Shown here: in pieces, positions 1 to 9,749 of the stretch
Layout: each line of letters starts with the position of its first letter
How positions within the stretch are numbered: position 1 is the stretch's first letter
The notes under the pieces: model-generated
The model's input: the letters and a program-made list of their open reading frames with translations, nothing else
The model's database searches: none
Told to the model about the DNA's origin: nothing
Assembly: GCF_009914755.1 (NCBI RefSeq)
Contig: NC_060926.1
Source of the DNA: the human T2T-CHM13v2.0 reference genome, Homo sapiens
Length of the DNA stretch: 64,000 nucleotides
Reading direction: 5' to 3' (one strand)
Program-made: the position numbers and the translations under genes

Positions 1-222
1 GTGAATAAGTCTCACAAGGTCTGATGATTTTAAAAAGGGGAGTTTCCCTGCACATGCTCTCTACTCTTGTCTGCCGCCATGTGAGACATGCTTTGTACCT
101 TCCACCATGATTGTGAGGCCTCCCCAGCCCCATGGAACTGTAAGTCCATTAAACTGCTCTCTTTTGTAAATTGCCGAATCTCGGGTATGTCTTTATCAGC
201 AGCATGAAAATGGACTAATACA
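1..222 (+). mobile_element. MaLR LTR (THE1/MST-like), 3' part, in CMPK2 intron 3
   Basis: Typical MaLR motifs (ccatgattgtgaggcctccccagcc, ggaactgtaagtccattaaa) ending in GGACTAATACA at 222. Confidence 0.8.
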
Positions 223-603
223 CTGGTTTATCATTGAATCCTCTAAATTGAGACTAGTCTTTGGCACACAGGAGGTGTCCAGTAAGTATTTGTTGAATAA
301 GCCAATGAACAAATAAATGACTGAAAGTATAGACTCATTAATGTCCCCGGTATGCTATTTCCAGCTTACCTTGGCAAGTTATTTTACCTTTCTGAGATCT
401 ATAGTTCTCATCAGTAAACTGGGAATAACATGTAACATTCACCTACCCAAGTTATAGTTCCAGATACTAGTATTATATATGTAATTCTCTAGCAAATGCC
501 ATGCCTGGTATAGGTAATTAACAATTCATAAGGAGAATTCCTATTATTATCATAATAACAGTTTGACTTAAACACAATTTTTTTCCTGGCATATACATGT
601 ACG

Positions 604-606
<3 letters not shown>

Positions 607-636
<30 letters not shown>
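607..636. repeat. (CA)n microsatellite
   Basis: About 15 uninterrupted CA units, ~50 bp from the CMPK2 exon 3 donor. Confidence 0.95.
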
Positions 637-638
<2 letters not shown>

Positions 639-684
639 ATATATTAGGGAGAAAATGCCTAATTCAAGGCATCTTTATACCTAC

Positions 685-886
685 CTGTCTACAATCACAG
701 GAGATTTGGCAGATTCTTTAGCTATTTCGGAGGCCACAATATAATTGCCCAAAGAGTAAAAAGCTCTTCTAATGATAGTTGGTTCATCATCAAAGATCTT
801 CCTCCACTGGCCAATGCAAGAGGGTGGTGACTTTAAGAGGACAGCCTTAAGTGAATCTGCCACTGACTGGGTCACCGTGGTTTTAC
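685..886 (-). CDS. CMPK2: CMPK2 coding exon 3 (202 nt); the gene continues beyond the left edge of the window
   Basis: Acceptor CCTGCAG|GT at 887/886 and donor ACAG|GTAGGT at 685/684. Encodes (G)KTTVTQSVADSLKAVLLKSPP...SPVIVDR, completing the P-loop and the thymidylate-kinase-type DR motif. Confidence 0.95.
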
Positions 887-2964
887 CTGCAGGTCATACA
901 CAAAATATATACATCTTAACCACAGCCCCAAAGTTAACATTGACGTAGAAAGAGCACAGACGTTCTCTCAAACTGCAAATGAAATGAGTAGACTAAATAA
1001 CAGGATTCTTTATAAAAAGCTGTAGACCCATAGGAAGTTAGGATTTCTCCGTGTGGTATTAGGAAACCCGGAGGAAAAATTCTGGTTAGTGATCAAATCT
1101 GATATTGGGAGTCTAGACACAAGAGCCCCTTTTACGTGTGACTTTTATTCCCGGCAGCCCAGCTACTGCTCACCCTCTTACCATGTCCCCAACCCAGAAG
1201 ACTTTCTCTCCTCTTATTGTCTATAGTTGATGAACCCACACCTGGCATCCACAGCAACTCTTCTCGCCCCTCCTCTCTTTCTACCTTCTTCATACCCTGC
1301 TTCCACTTCTGTGCAATCCCTTTCCAATTTCCAGCCCTGGTTCTACCACTCACTCCTGTGCTTGCCCCTTTGGGCTTGGCCTTGGCCTTTAGAGCTTTTG
1401 TATCTGCTTTAGGCTTCAGCTTTCTCCTCAAAGGCACTGCTTAGGCCTCATTGACTTTCTGACTCCCCCTTGCACAGCCTCGGGTGACAGATTAGTCCCT
1501 TCCCAGAGCCCATCTCACAATTCTCAGCTGCTGCCTGGAGCTCAGGACAGGTGGTGATGAGAAGATCTACTCCAGCACACTGTGCACTAGTTTCTCTGAG
1601 CTCCTACTGTTTCGATTTATTTTTAAGTTTCTCTATCACACACTTAACACTTTATTGCCAACTATCTATTTTCTTTTTTTCTTAGGTTGTCAGGACGGAC
1701 CCTAACAGTAGCTACCATTTCTCAGTGTCTGCTAGGAGCCAAGTACTCAGCACGTTATACTCCTAATTCTCCCAGTGACTCTGCAAAACAGTTATTATTT
1801 AATCATCTGACAGAAGAAGAAATTGAGCACTGGAGAAGTTAATAAATTTACCCAAACTCACCCTCCTGATAGGCCTTGGTGCAGGATGCAAATGCAGGGC
1901 AGACGGAACCACTAGCCTGTGTTCTTTCTGCCACTCTATGCTAACTCCTTGTAACATTTGTATGTGTGGATGCTTGTGTTGAGGCTGAATTTTTATGTCT
2001 CCTGTAATCCCACCAAATCTAAATTAGCTGTGGGTACAAAATAAATGATCAACAAAACACATCAGCTGAAGGATTGATGGTGTTACAATTCCCTCTGCAG
2101 CTGAAAGAAACTGTGATGGGTCCTGGACACGGCCAGTACATTTGAGTGATGACAGCTGGTCTCCCTGAAGGCCAGGACATGGCCCGCTCCTTCACATGGA
2201 GCCAGGATGGTCAACATGGGCCATCACCTGTGCCACATCTCCCTAGCTGGGTTCACAAGTACCTCTATATGGAAATTGCCTTTTATATTATTAAAAGTCT
2301 GTACCCCTCAAGTTTACACAGGAGGAGAAACTCCTACGCTGAACCACTCGGATGCTAGTTCTCCAACATCAACCCTCTCCTCAGTGTGTCCTGGGCCACA
2401 GGAGCAGCATGTCTGCCCCTTTTGTACTTTGGTCTCATGTGAGCACACATTATATTTTGACCTCAGTTTGACAGCTCAGAAGGCTTTTTTTTCTTCCATT
2501 TCCTAGTTCTTCCACATTTTGCTCCAGAAGAATCTCTGAATTGCCTGTGGTTCCTGGACACACCACCCTGGTTCAAGCCCCTGCACCTTTGCCCAGGCTA
2601 TTTCTTCTGTCTGGAGGATGTTACCTGCTTTCATCACCTGACCAACTCCTATCTGTACTTAAAATACAATCCAGGTATCACCCTTGACCATGCACTCCAC
2701 CCGACAAAGCCCCACAGAGGCCAGATTCAGTGCCCTTCCTGTGTTCCGCCAGAGCACTGAGGATCCGCGCCCACACATCATGCTGCTTCATATTGAAGGT
2801 CTTATTCATCTCTGCATCCCAGGGCCTGCCTAGCACAGGGCCTGCCACACAGTAGGGGCACACATAAGGCTCCATATAAAGTTTGGTTTTGCAGGAAGTA
2901 TTTCTGTTTCTGCAACTAATCAGTTAGTGTCATTGCCTATAACTAAAAGGTAATATTATCTTAC

Positions 2965-3079
2965 CCGTGGCATCCAGTCCTTCGATGGCAACAACCTGGA
3001 ACTTTCCTTTCTGGATCTGTTTTGGGCACTGGTCGACCAGGTCAAGCACTGCCCGGGCTTCAGGAATAAAGGAGGTACA
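2965..3079 (-). CDS. CMPK2: CMPK2 coding exon 2 (115 nt)
   Basis: Acceptor TTTTACAG|TGT and donor CACGG|GTAAGA. Encodes CTSFIPEARAVLDLVDQCPKQIQKGKFQVVAIEGLDAT(G); the P-loop EGLDATGKT spans exons 2/3. Phases fit exons 1 and 3. Confidence 0.95.
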
Positions 3080-4523
3080 CTGTAAAACAACGTCTATCCA
3101 TCAGCAATGAAGCCAGGGGGCTTTTGCAGAAATCACACCTAAATTGCTGAGCACAATATTGCCGCATGCTAATAAGGCCTAAGTTATACTGAGCACTGTG
3201 CCAGGCCATGGGAATTCAGAGTATTTCGATGCTAGGATGGACTGGAGTATTTTATTTTATATTGAGCAGCCAAGGCTCGAAACAGCTGTCCCTGTCTGGA
3301 TCGCTTGGTGGCCTGCAGCCTTCACTGAGCAGCTTTGAGAAAGGCCAGGCAAGGCACATCATCACAATGTCCTGTGACACCGCAACCATGGAACTACAGG
3401 CCCGCTGGGAACACTGTGTCACAAGAATGGGAAATCAGCTGCACAGTGGGCTGGAGAGAGCAGTCTTCATCTGCAGCATGTCCTCTCCTAGCCATTCAGG
3501 GGGCTGAGATAAACAGCCAAGCACTGCAATCATGAAGCTGGCAGAGCAGCGTCCCCCTGGGAATTCCCAGTTCCTCAATGTGCATTATCTCACTGCACGC
3601 TCACAGCATCTCAGAGCGAGGCTCAGACACTTATGTGCTTGCTCTGAGCATGGCAATCTTCTAAGTGCTTTACAAGTATTCAGTTGCCAATCTCTGTGAA
3701 CTGGGGTGGGGGGGGTGCTATTATTATTCCCACCATATGAATTAAGGAAACTGAGGCAGAGAGTTGAAGAAACTTGCTCAAAGTGACACAGCTAATAAAT
3801 GCCAGAGTTTAAATTTAAATACACGTGGTTGACCTTGCACTCTTAACTGCTCCACAACGCTGTCCCGTAAGCTTGGAAAATATTCCCAAGATCCATGGGG
3901 GCATCCTCAGGGCTCATCTGTGTCACAGGAGGACATCTGCCTAGCCTGCGATCAGAAAGAATTTTCAGTCTCTTTCTGTGGGTACCTGCTGTGAGTCAGA
4001 TGTTTCCTTAATCAGGACAACATCGCAAGATGGGAATTGTACATGTCAAAGGGCAAAACTTAGAGTAGTTGAGTAACCTGCACAAGGTTCATGGCCAGTC
4101 GGTAGGTAAACACTATTTAAGTCTAAATTTCTTAAACCCCCTAAACTCATGCATTTTCTTTTTCACCCCAAGATCCTTGAATGGTGATCATCAGCAAATA
4201 AAATTACTTCCCAGCTGACATTATTTTCCCTCACTCCCGGCAGCCCCTTTACTCCCTCTGTACTGCTGTTGGGATGCTTTTACAGCAAGCATCGCGTGGC
4301 TTGGTGTAGGTCTATGTTCCACGTCAGGTTGGAAGATCCTTGCAAACAAGAATCTTAAAAGAGTTGCCTGGCATACAGGACACCTTCCCTACCTGATTTG
4401 TGAACGGAAATAAACAAACCACCCAGGCAAGAACCGGCTTTACAGACCAGCCTCTTGGTCCAGTTCTCTGGTCTGAAGGGTTCAGATGCCACGCTGGGAG
4501 CTGGAAGCGGACAGAACTCTTAC

Positions 4524-5198
4524 CTCCTCCAAAACGGCCCGGGCGGCTTCCCGGTCCGGGAAGACCACGGAACTGGGCAAGTCTGGCACCACCGGGTGCA
4601 GCGGGGGCTCCGGGACGGGCACGACCTGTGCGCAGCCCACCTGCAGCCGCCTGCCGTCTTGCACCTCCCAGAGGCGCTGCCACAGCTGGCCGCGCGGGTC
4701 GGCCTCGAACTCGCCCAAGTGCGGGCGTGGTGCCTCCTGGCAGGCGCCCAGCAGCTCGAGCAGCGCTTGCCGGGTGTCAGGGTCATCCAGGGGGTCGCGC
4801 AGCAGGAAGCCTTGCTGTGCGCCGCCGGCCTGGCCGCCCGGGCAGTAGCAGAGCAGCCTGAGCAGCTGGCACCGCTGGAAGGGGCCGCGGCGCAGCTGGT
4901 GCAGCAGGCGCTGGTGCAGCCGCGCCGCCCGGACCCGGGCCCCGCAGCCGGCGTCCGGGGTCACGGGCACGCACAGCGAGTAGCTGCGCTCCGGGGGCCC
5001 CAGCAGCGCCGCCAGGCGGGGGTCGGGGGCGTCTGCGTCGCCGGGGGCGTCGGCGCCTAGGGCGAAGTGAGCCAGGGTGCAGTCGGGAAGCTCCAGGACG
5101 AAGCGGCGCGGCGGAGCCATGGCCCCAGCGCAGACCCCGCGCCGCCCGAGCAGCGGCCCCGACAGTGGCCCGCGCAGGAGCCGGCGGGCGAAGGCCAT
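4524..5198 (-). CDS. CMPK2: CMPK2 coding exon 1 (675 nt, 225 codons), mitochondrial UMP-CMP kinase 2 N-terminus
   Basis: ATG at 5198 gives MAFARRLLRGPLSGPLLGRRGVCAGAMAPPRRF...AARAVLEE, with an Arg-rich, acid-free presequence. Donor GAG|GTAAGA at 4524/4523. Recognised as human CMPK2. Confidence 0.95.
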
Positions 5199-5800
5199 GG
5201 GCGCCTCAGCGACGCCGCCCTCGGCCCCGCCTCGGAAACGAAACCTGGCGGGAGCCAGGCGCCGGCGGGAAACGAAACCCGGAGGGAGCCAGGCGCCAGC
5301 GGGAAACGAAAGCGAAGCGTTGCGGGGAAACGAAAGCCGGAGGCCCAGGCGGGGCAGGAGCCTTGGGGCTGGGGCGCCCTTCCGGCCTCTCCTCCTCGCC
5401 GCGAGATGTGCGCGATAAACGGCCGGCGCTCGGGAGCAGACGCTTGGCCCCGGGGCCCCAGGTGCGCGGCTCCGCGGGCCTGCGCGGTCCCCAGGCGCCG
5501 GCTCCCGGGGCTGACACCGAATGAGGCCCCGCGCCGTCGGCCCCAAGGTAGCTCCGTGTGCGTTCTGCGGGTGGCTGGCGGCCCCGACCCTGGTTTGAGT
5601 TCCTCCTCTGCGGCTTATGCCGGGTGCATGGAGGGGGGCGGGGGTGCACGCGCGAGGGACAGAGAAGTCCCTTCCCGGTGTAACGGGCTCTTCAACGCCC
5701 ACTTGCAGGCGCACTACTGCCCTTGGATGACTGACCAGGCCCTGCAGACCATGGGCTCCCTCCCCGACCTCAACTCCTAGCTCTGACCACGCGTCCCCGC
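4530..5800. promoter_or_regulatory. CpG island covering CMPK2 exon 1 and promoter
   Basis: Very GC- and CpG-rich compared with the flanks. Confidence 0.9.
5234..5336. promoter_or_regulatory. Cluster of four ISRE/IRF-E sites at the CMPK2 promoter
   Basis: GGAAACGAAA(C/G) at 5234, 5268, 5302 and 5326, each matching GAAANNGAAA. Confidence 0.9.
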
Positions 5801-5874
5801 CCCTCTAATCCTGCAGAGCTGCTTTCCTGCGGGAACAGGGCGCAGTTCTGGCTCTTCCCTCTCCTGTATCTTAT

Positions 5875-5938
5875 CTCACCTGTGCACTCACTCACCTGTG
5901 CACACACTCACCTTTGCACACACTCACCTGTGCACAAG
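5875..5938. repeat. 16-bp tandem repeat x4 (CTCACCTGTGCACACA)
   Basis: Units start at 5875, 5891, 5907 and 5923. Confidence 0.9.
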
Positions 5939-6672
5939 CTTTTCCCTCTTCTTGGAATTGCCCTCTCCCTTTTGCTGACTCTCCAACTGGGAAGTGTCGC
6001 CCAGATTGGAACCTCGAAATCGCCTTTCTTCCACCAAATTGAAGTTTCCTGCACTAAGGTGAAGTGTGTCAGGATAGCACCCTCTGCCTGCCACAGTCCA
6101 GCATCAGCACTGTTGCTGCCTAACAGTGTAACTGCCTAACAGTGTAACAGTGTTTGCGCAGTTATTTGGATATTTTATTCTGTGTTTACTCATTAACTGA
6201 TGCCTTTTAAAAATGATGTCAAGCAAACCAAAAACAAACAAAAAGATAATATTCTCCAGGGAAACTCTCTCAAAAAAATAGAATTGAGACGAAGATTGAA
6301 AACATTAGATGAGCTGAAAGCAGTTTTTTTTTTTATGTCTTAATAGTATTGGACTTAAACTTGGGATTATATTTAATTCTGAAAAAAAAAGTCTTAACAA
6401 ACGTGAAATATAGATAGGTGGTTGGAGTGTGGGTTAATAGGCTAAGAAGAAAGAAGAATTAGGAGTTTAAAATTTTTTAGCTCTTTGAGAATAGAATAGT
6501 TTTTATTCTTTCTCAGGAATTTCACTTTTGGACATTTAGCATGTACCGGTGGTTTCACGTGTATGTAGTATATGGAAGTAAGAGTCTTCTAGTTACTCCC
6601 TTTTCTTCTCTAAGACAGTACTGCATCCTCAAGCCTGCTTGACCTTTTCCCTATGCCATCCACCTCTCTGGA

Positions 6673-7075
6673 TGTATTAGTCTATCCTGGCTGCCATAAC
6701 AAAATACCACGGACTGGGCCGCCTAAACAATAGAAAATTTGTTTTCTCAAAGTTCAGGTGGCCAGAGAAGCTGGAGATCAAGTTGCCAGCAGGGTTTGCT
6801 TTTTCTGAGGCCTCTCTTTCTAGCGTGCAGACCGCCTCCTTCTCTCTGTGTTCTCACGGGACCTTTCCTTTGTGCTTGCATCCTTGGCGTCTCCTTGAAG
6901 TTCCAAATTTCCTCTTCTGGGAAGGACACCAGTCAGATTGGGTTAGGGCCCATCATAATGTTCTCATTTTAATGTAATCACCTATTGAAAGGCTTATTTT
7001 GAAATACAGTCATACTGTGAGGCACTGGGGGCTAGGCCTGAACATGAATTTTGGGGGACATGATATAGCCTATAA
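6673..7075 (-). mobile_element. MLT1-type MaLR solo LTR
   Basis: Starts tgtattagtctatcctggctgccataacaaaataccac; ends ...atgaattttgggggaca. Confidence 0.7.
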
Positions 7076-8169
7076 CCCCCCACATATCTGGGTTAGTAGC
7101 CTCTCCTGTGTCCCCCACCAAGGCTATTTGTATCCTCGGACCTTGACACTCCACAGTCACGTGCCAGTCTATTTCCCACCACTGAGCACCTTGAGGGTAA
7201 GTAGGAAGACCAGCTTCTTCCTAACTTTTCTCTGAGCCTCCAACTGAAAGAAAACCTGACACACAGTTTGCTAAATGAAGCATCTTATCTTTTTTAATTT
7301 AAGTTTTCCTCTCTATTTTTCACCTACCTTCGCCCTACGAAGAGATGTAAAGTTAATAACACTGCAGTATTTGGGCTTAGTCAATATTATATAAGTGTTG
7401 AAGATGTTGAAGATATATCTTCATTCATAAATAAAAATTTCTGTTAGATTTTCAAGCCCCTTCAAATTTGTAGGACAGAGACTCTGAGAGCCACAGCTGG
7501 ATGTTTATATTGACTAAACATGCCTGTAGCCACCCATCGTTGCAGGTGGAAAGGAGAGAAGCTGCAGGCTGGGAAGATACTTCAAAGAGGTGTCTTTAAA
7601 TGAATGAACAGCACAGCTATATCATAGGAAAAGCCATAATCTTCAACACTTACAGTATTAAACAAGAGAAAATGAAACTTTTCTAGCCATTCTGCTCCTA
7701 AGAAAAAAAGAAACAGAATGGGAGAATTAAAAATATAAATAGCAATTAATAAATAATAAAATGAAAAAATAACACTTTGAAAAAGAGCTTAGTTTTTGAA
7801 AACATGTTTAAACAGATATGTTTCTAGGTAGTTTAATTCAATTGGAAAAAGAAAGAAAATGCAAATCAGAATAGGAATAAATGAGATGATAGAACCACAA
7901 GTTCAAAAGGATACCCAAAAGAGAATATTACAAACAATTCCACATTCATAAAAGTGAATATTATAAAATAAATGATGAGCTCAGAAAATAAGAATTAATA
8001 AAATGAGCCCAGGATAGAATGTTGAGTCTATAACTCTGTAACCCAAATCCTAGGCTAGAAGTTAATGAAAGGGCTAAAAAGCACTGAGCAAGTTTCAGAG
8101 ATCACTTAGTTATCAAGGAACAGATAAGCTCTCTCCCGCATAACCTTCTGTTTCTTTTTTAAATAAAAA

Positions 8170-8860
8170 TTCATTCTAGCAATTTGTGGGCTTACAATTT
8201 GAAGAGTATTCTCCTCTCTCTTGGAGTTGGTTTTCTCACAAAGAAATGCTGTTGATACAGCTACCTTTGAGGGAAGAGTTGCCATAACAGGTCCAGCTGC
8301 TCACCCCTTGCATATCTCCACAGGAGCCTCAAACCATGATTGCTGTTGGGCCAAACTTTGGAAAGATGACCCTCCAGAGGCTCTTTATATTCATGGTTGG
8401 TGATTCTGTTATGTACACCTGGAGCAATACTCCATGACATGCCAGCTTGCGATCATTTTGCACAAACGTCAAGATTAACGATGTGCACCTCATTCATTGT
8501 CGGGGTCCTGAGATTTGGTTACCATAGCTGGGCACATGGCAGGATGTGCCTGCGTATCTAGCCCTTCATATAATGGCAGACCCTGAGACTCAAACAGGCT
8601 TTTCCTGGCCAGTGGTTTCAAACACGTCCTGGTAGTTCACTGCTGGAGGGAGCACACCCTGTGCAACTCAGGTGGTGAAGGACTCAAAAGCTTATGGCTA
8701 CCCTCTCCAGACTGCTTGACTTACACCTTTTTCCTATTGTTCTTGCTCTACAGCCTTTTAGAGGAATAAAGCCCAGTTGGGAGTCTAACATGCTCCTGAG
8801 TCTTATGAGTCCTGTTTGTGAATTATCAAGCATAAAGGTGGTCTTGAGACATCCACACAT
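8170..8860. mobile_element. Old LTR, MER21/MER77-like
   Basis: Terminal motif ctgagtcttatgagtcctgtttgtgaattatcaagcataaaggtggtcttgagaca resembles this family; boundaries approximate. Confidence 0.45.
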
Positions 8861-9274
8861 GCACACACACACATACACACTCATGAAAAGAAAAAAAAAT
8901 TTCCAAGATTAGAGCCCACTCTTACTTCAGAGCATGTTGATATTCCATTTTATGCATGTAAATACACAGACACGTAAACCCAAATACAATTTTGGGCCCA
9001 TGAAGGAGTGAAAGGGAAAGCCAAAGAGGTTAAAGAAGATGTCTGCAACCAACATTTGTGTACAATCACTAACAAAGTGTACAATATACAATGAATTTCT
9101 ACAAATTAATGATAAAATGCAGGAAACCTAATAGGCAAAGGATTGGAACATGCATATCACACACAAAAAATATTCAAATGGCTAACAGAGGAAAAGATAC
9201 TTAATATCATTGGTCATAAGGGAACTGGAAATTACAACTACAATGATAGGAACAGCACGCCTACAAATCTGTGA

Positions 9275-9727
9275 TGTGAACAAATGTGGAACAGAAATAG
9301 TCCTTCAAGACGGAGCTCAAGTGGCCAACTAGGTCTGAATTTAAAATAAAACCCAGTAGCCATTTGCTGACTAGAGGTCACACGAGTACTGTGACTTCCT
9401 GGAAAGCCCACCCTTTCTAACTTTGGGGCTTGAAGAGCTCTCCTGGGTCAACCAATCAAAACACAATGGGATTGATTCATCAGAGCTCAGTTGTATAAAA
9501 CAATCAGGATGCAGCCATGTCACCCAATCAGAACTAAGTGAGTTTCAATCCTTCATTTGCATAAATATACCTGATTGGGACCCTAGGTGGGATTTTTGCT
9601 GTAAAACCCTAGACTTCCTTTTGTTCTCTGGAAAATACCTTTGTTTCACACTGAAGGCTGGTGCAAATTATTCACTGGAATAAAATCTCTTTCTTCCAGA
9701 TTCCTTTTCGGAGAACTTTTGTTCACA
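9275..9727 (+). mobile_element. 5' LTR of an ERV1-like provirus
   Basis: Perfect 10-bp terminal inverted repeats TGTGAACAAA (9275-9284) and TTTGTTCACA (9718-9727). CCAAT boxes at 9452 and 9524, octamer ATTTGCAT at 9555, AATAAA at 9679. Followed directly by a PBS. Confidence 0.8.
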
Positions 9728-9731
9728 TTTA

Positions 9732-9749
9732 TAGTGTCAGAAGCGGAAT
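9732..9749 (+). other. Retroviral primer-binding site, tRNA-Leu type
   Basis: TAGTGTCAGAAGCGGAAT matches TGGTGTCAGAAGTGGGAT (complement of the tRNA-Leu 3' end) at 15/18 positions, 4 nt after the LTR end. Confidence 0.7.

Noticed and set aside
4482-5714. 410-aa ORF suggesting a 172-aa N-terminal extension of CMPK2
   Set aside because: It starts at a non-ATG codon, runs through the promoter/ISRE array, and long open frames are expected in CpG islands. The real exon is 5198-4524.
4324-5780. Many overlapping Arg/Gly/Pro/Ala-rich ORFs on both strands
   Set aside because: GC-rich stop-codon depletion; no recognisable domain.
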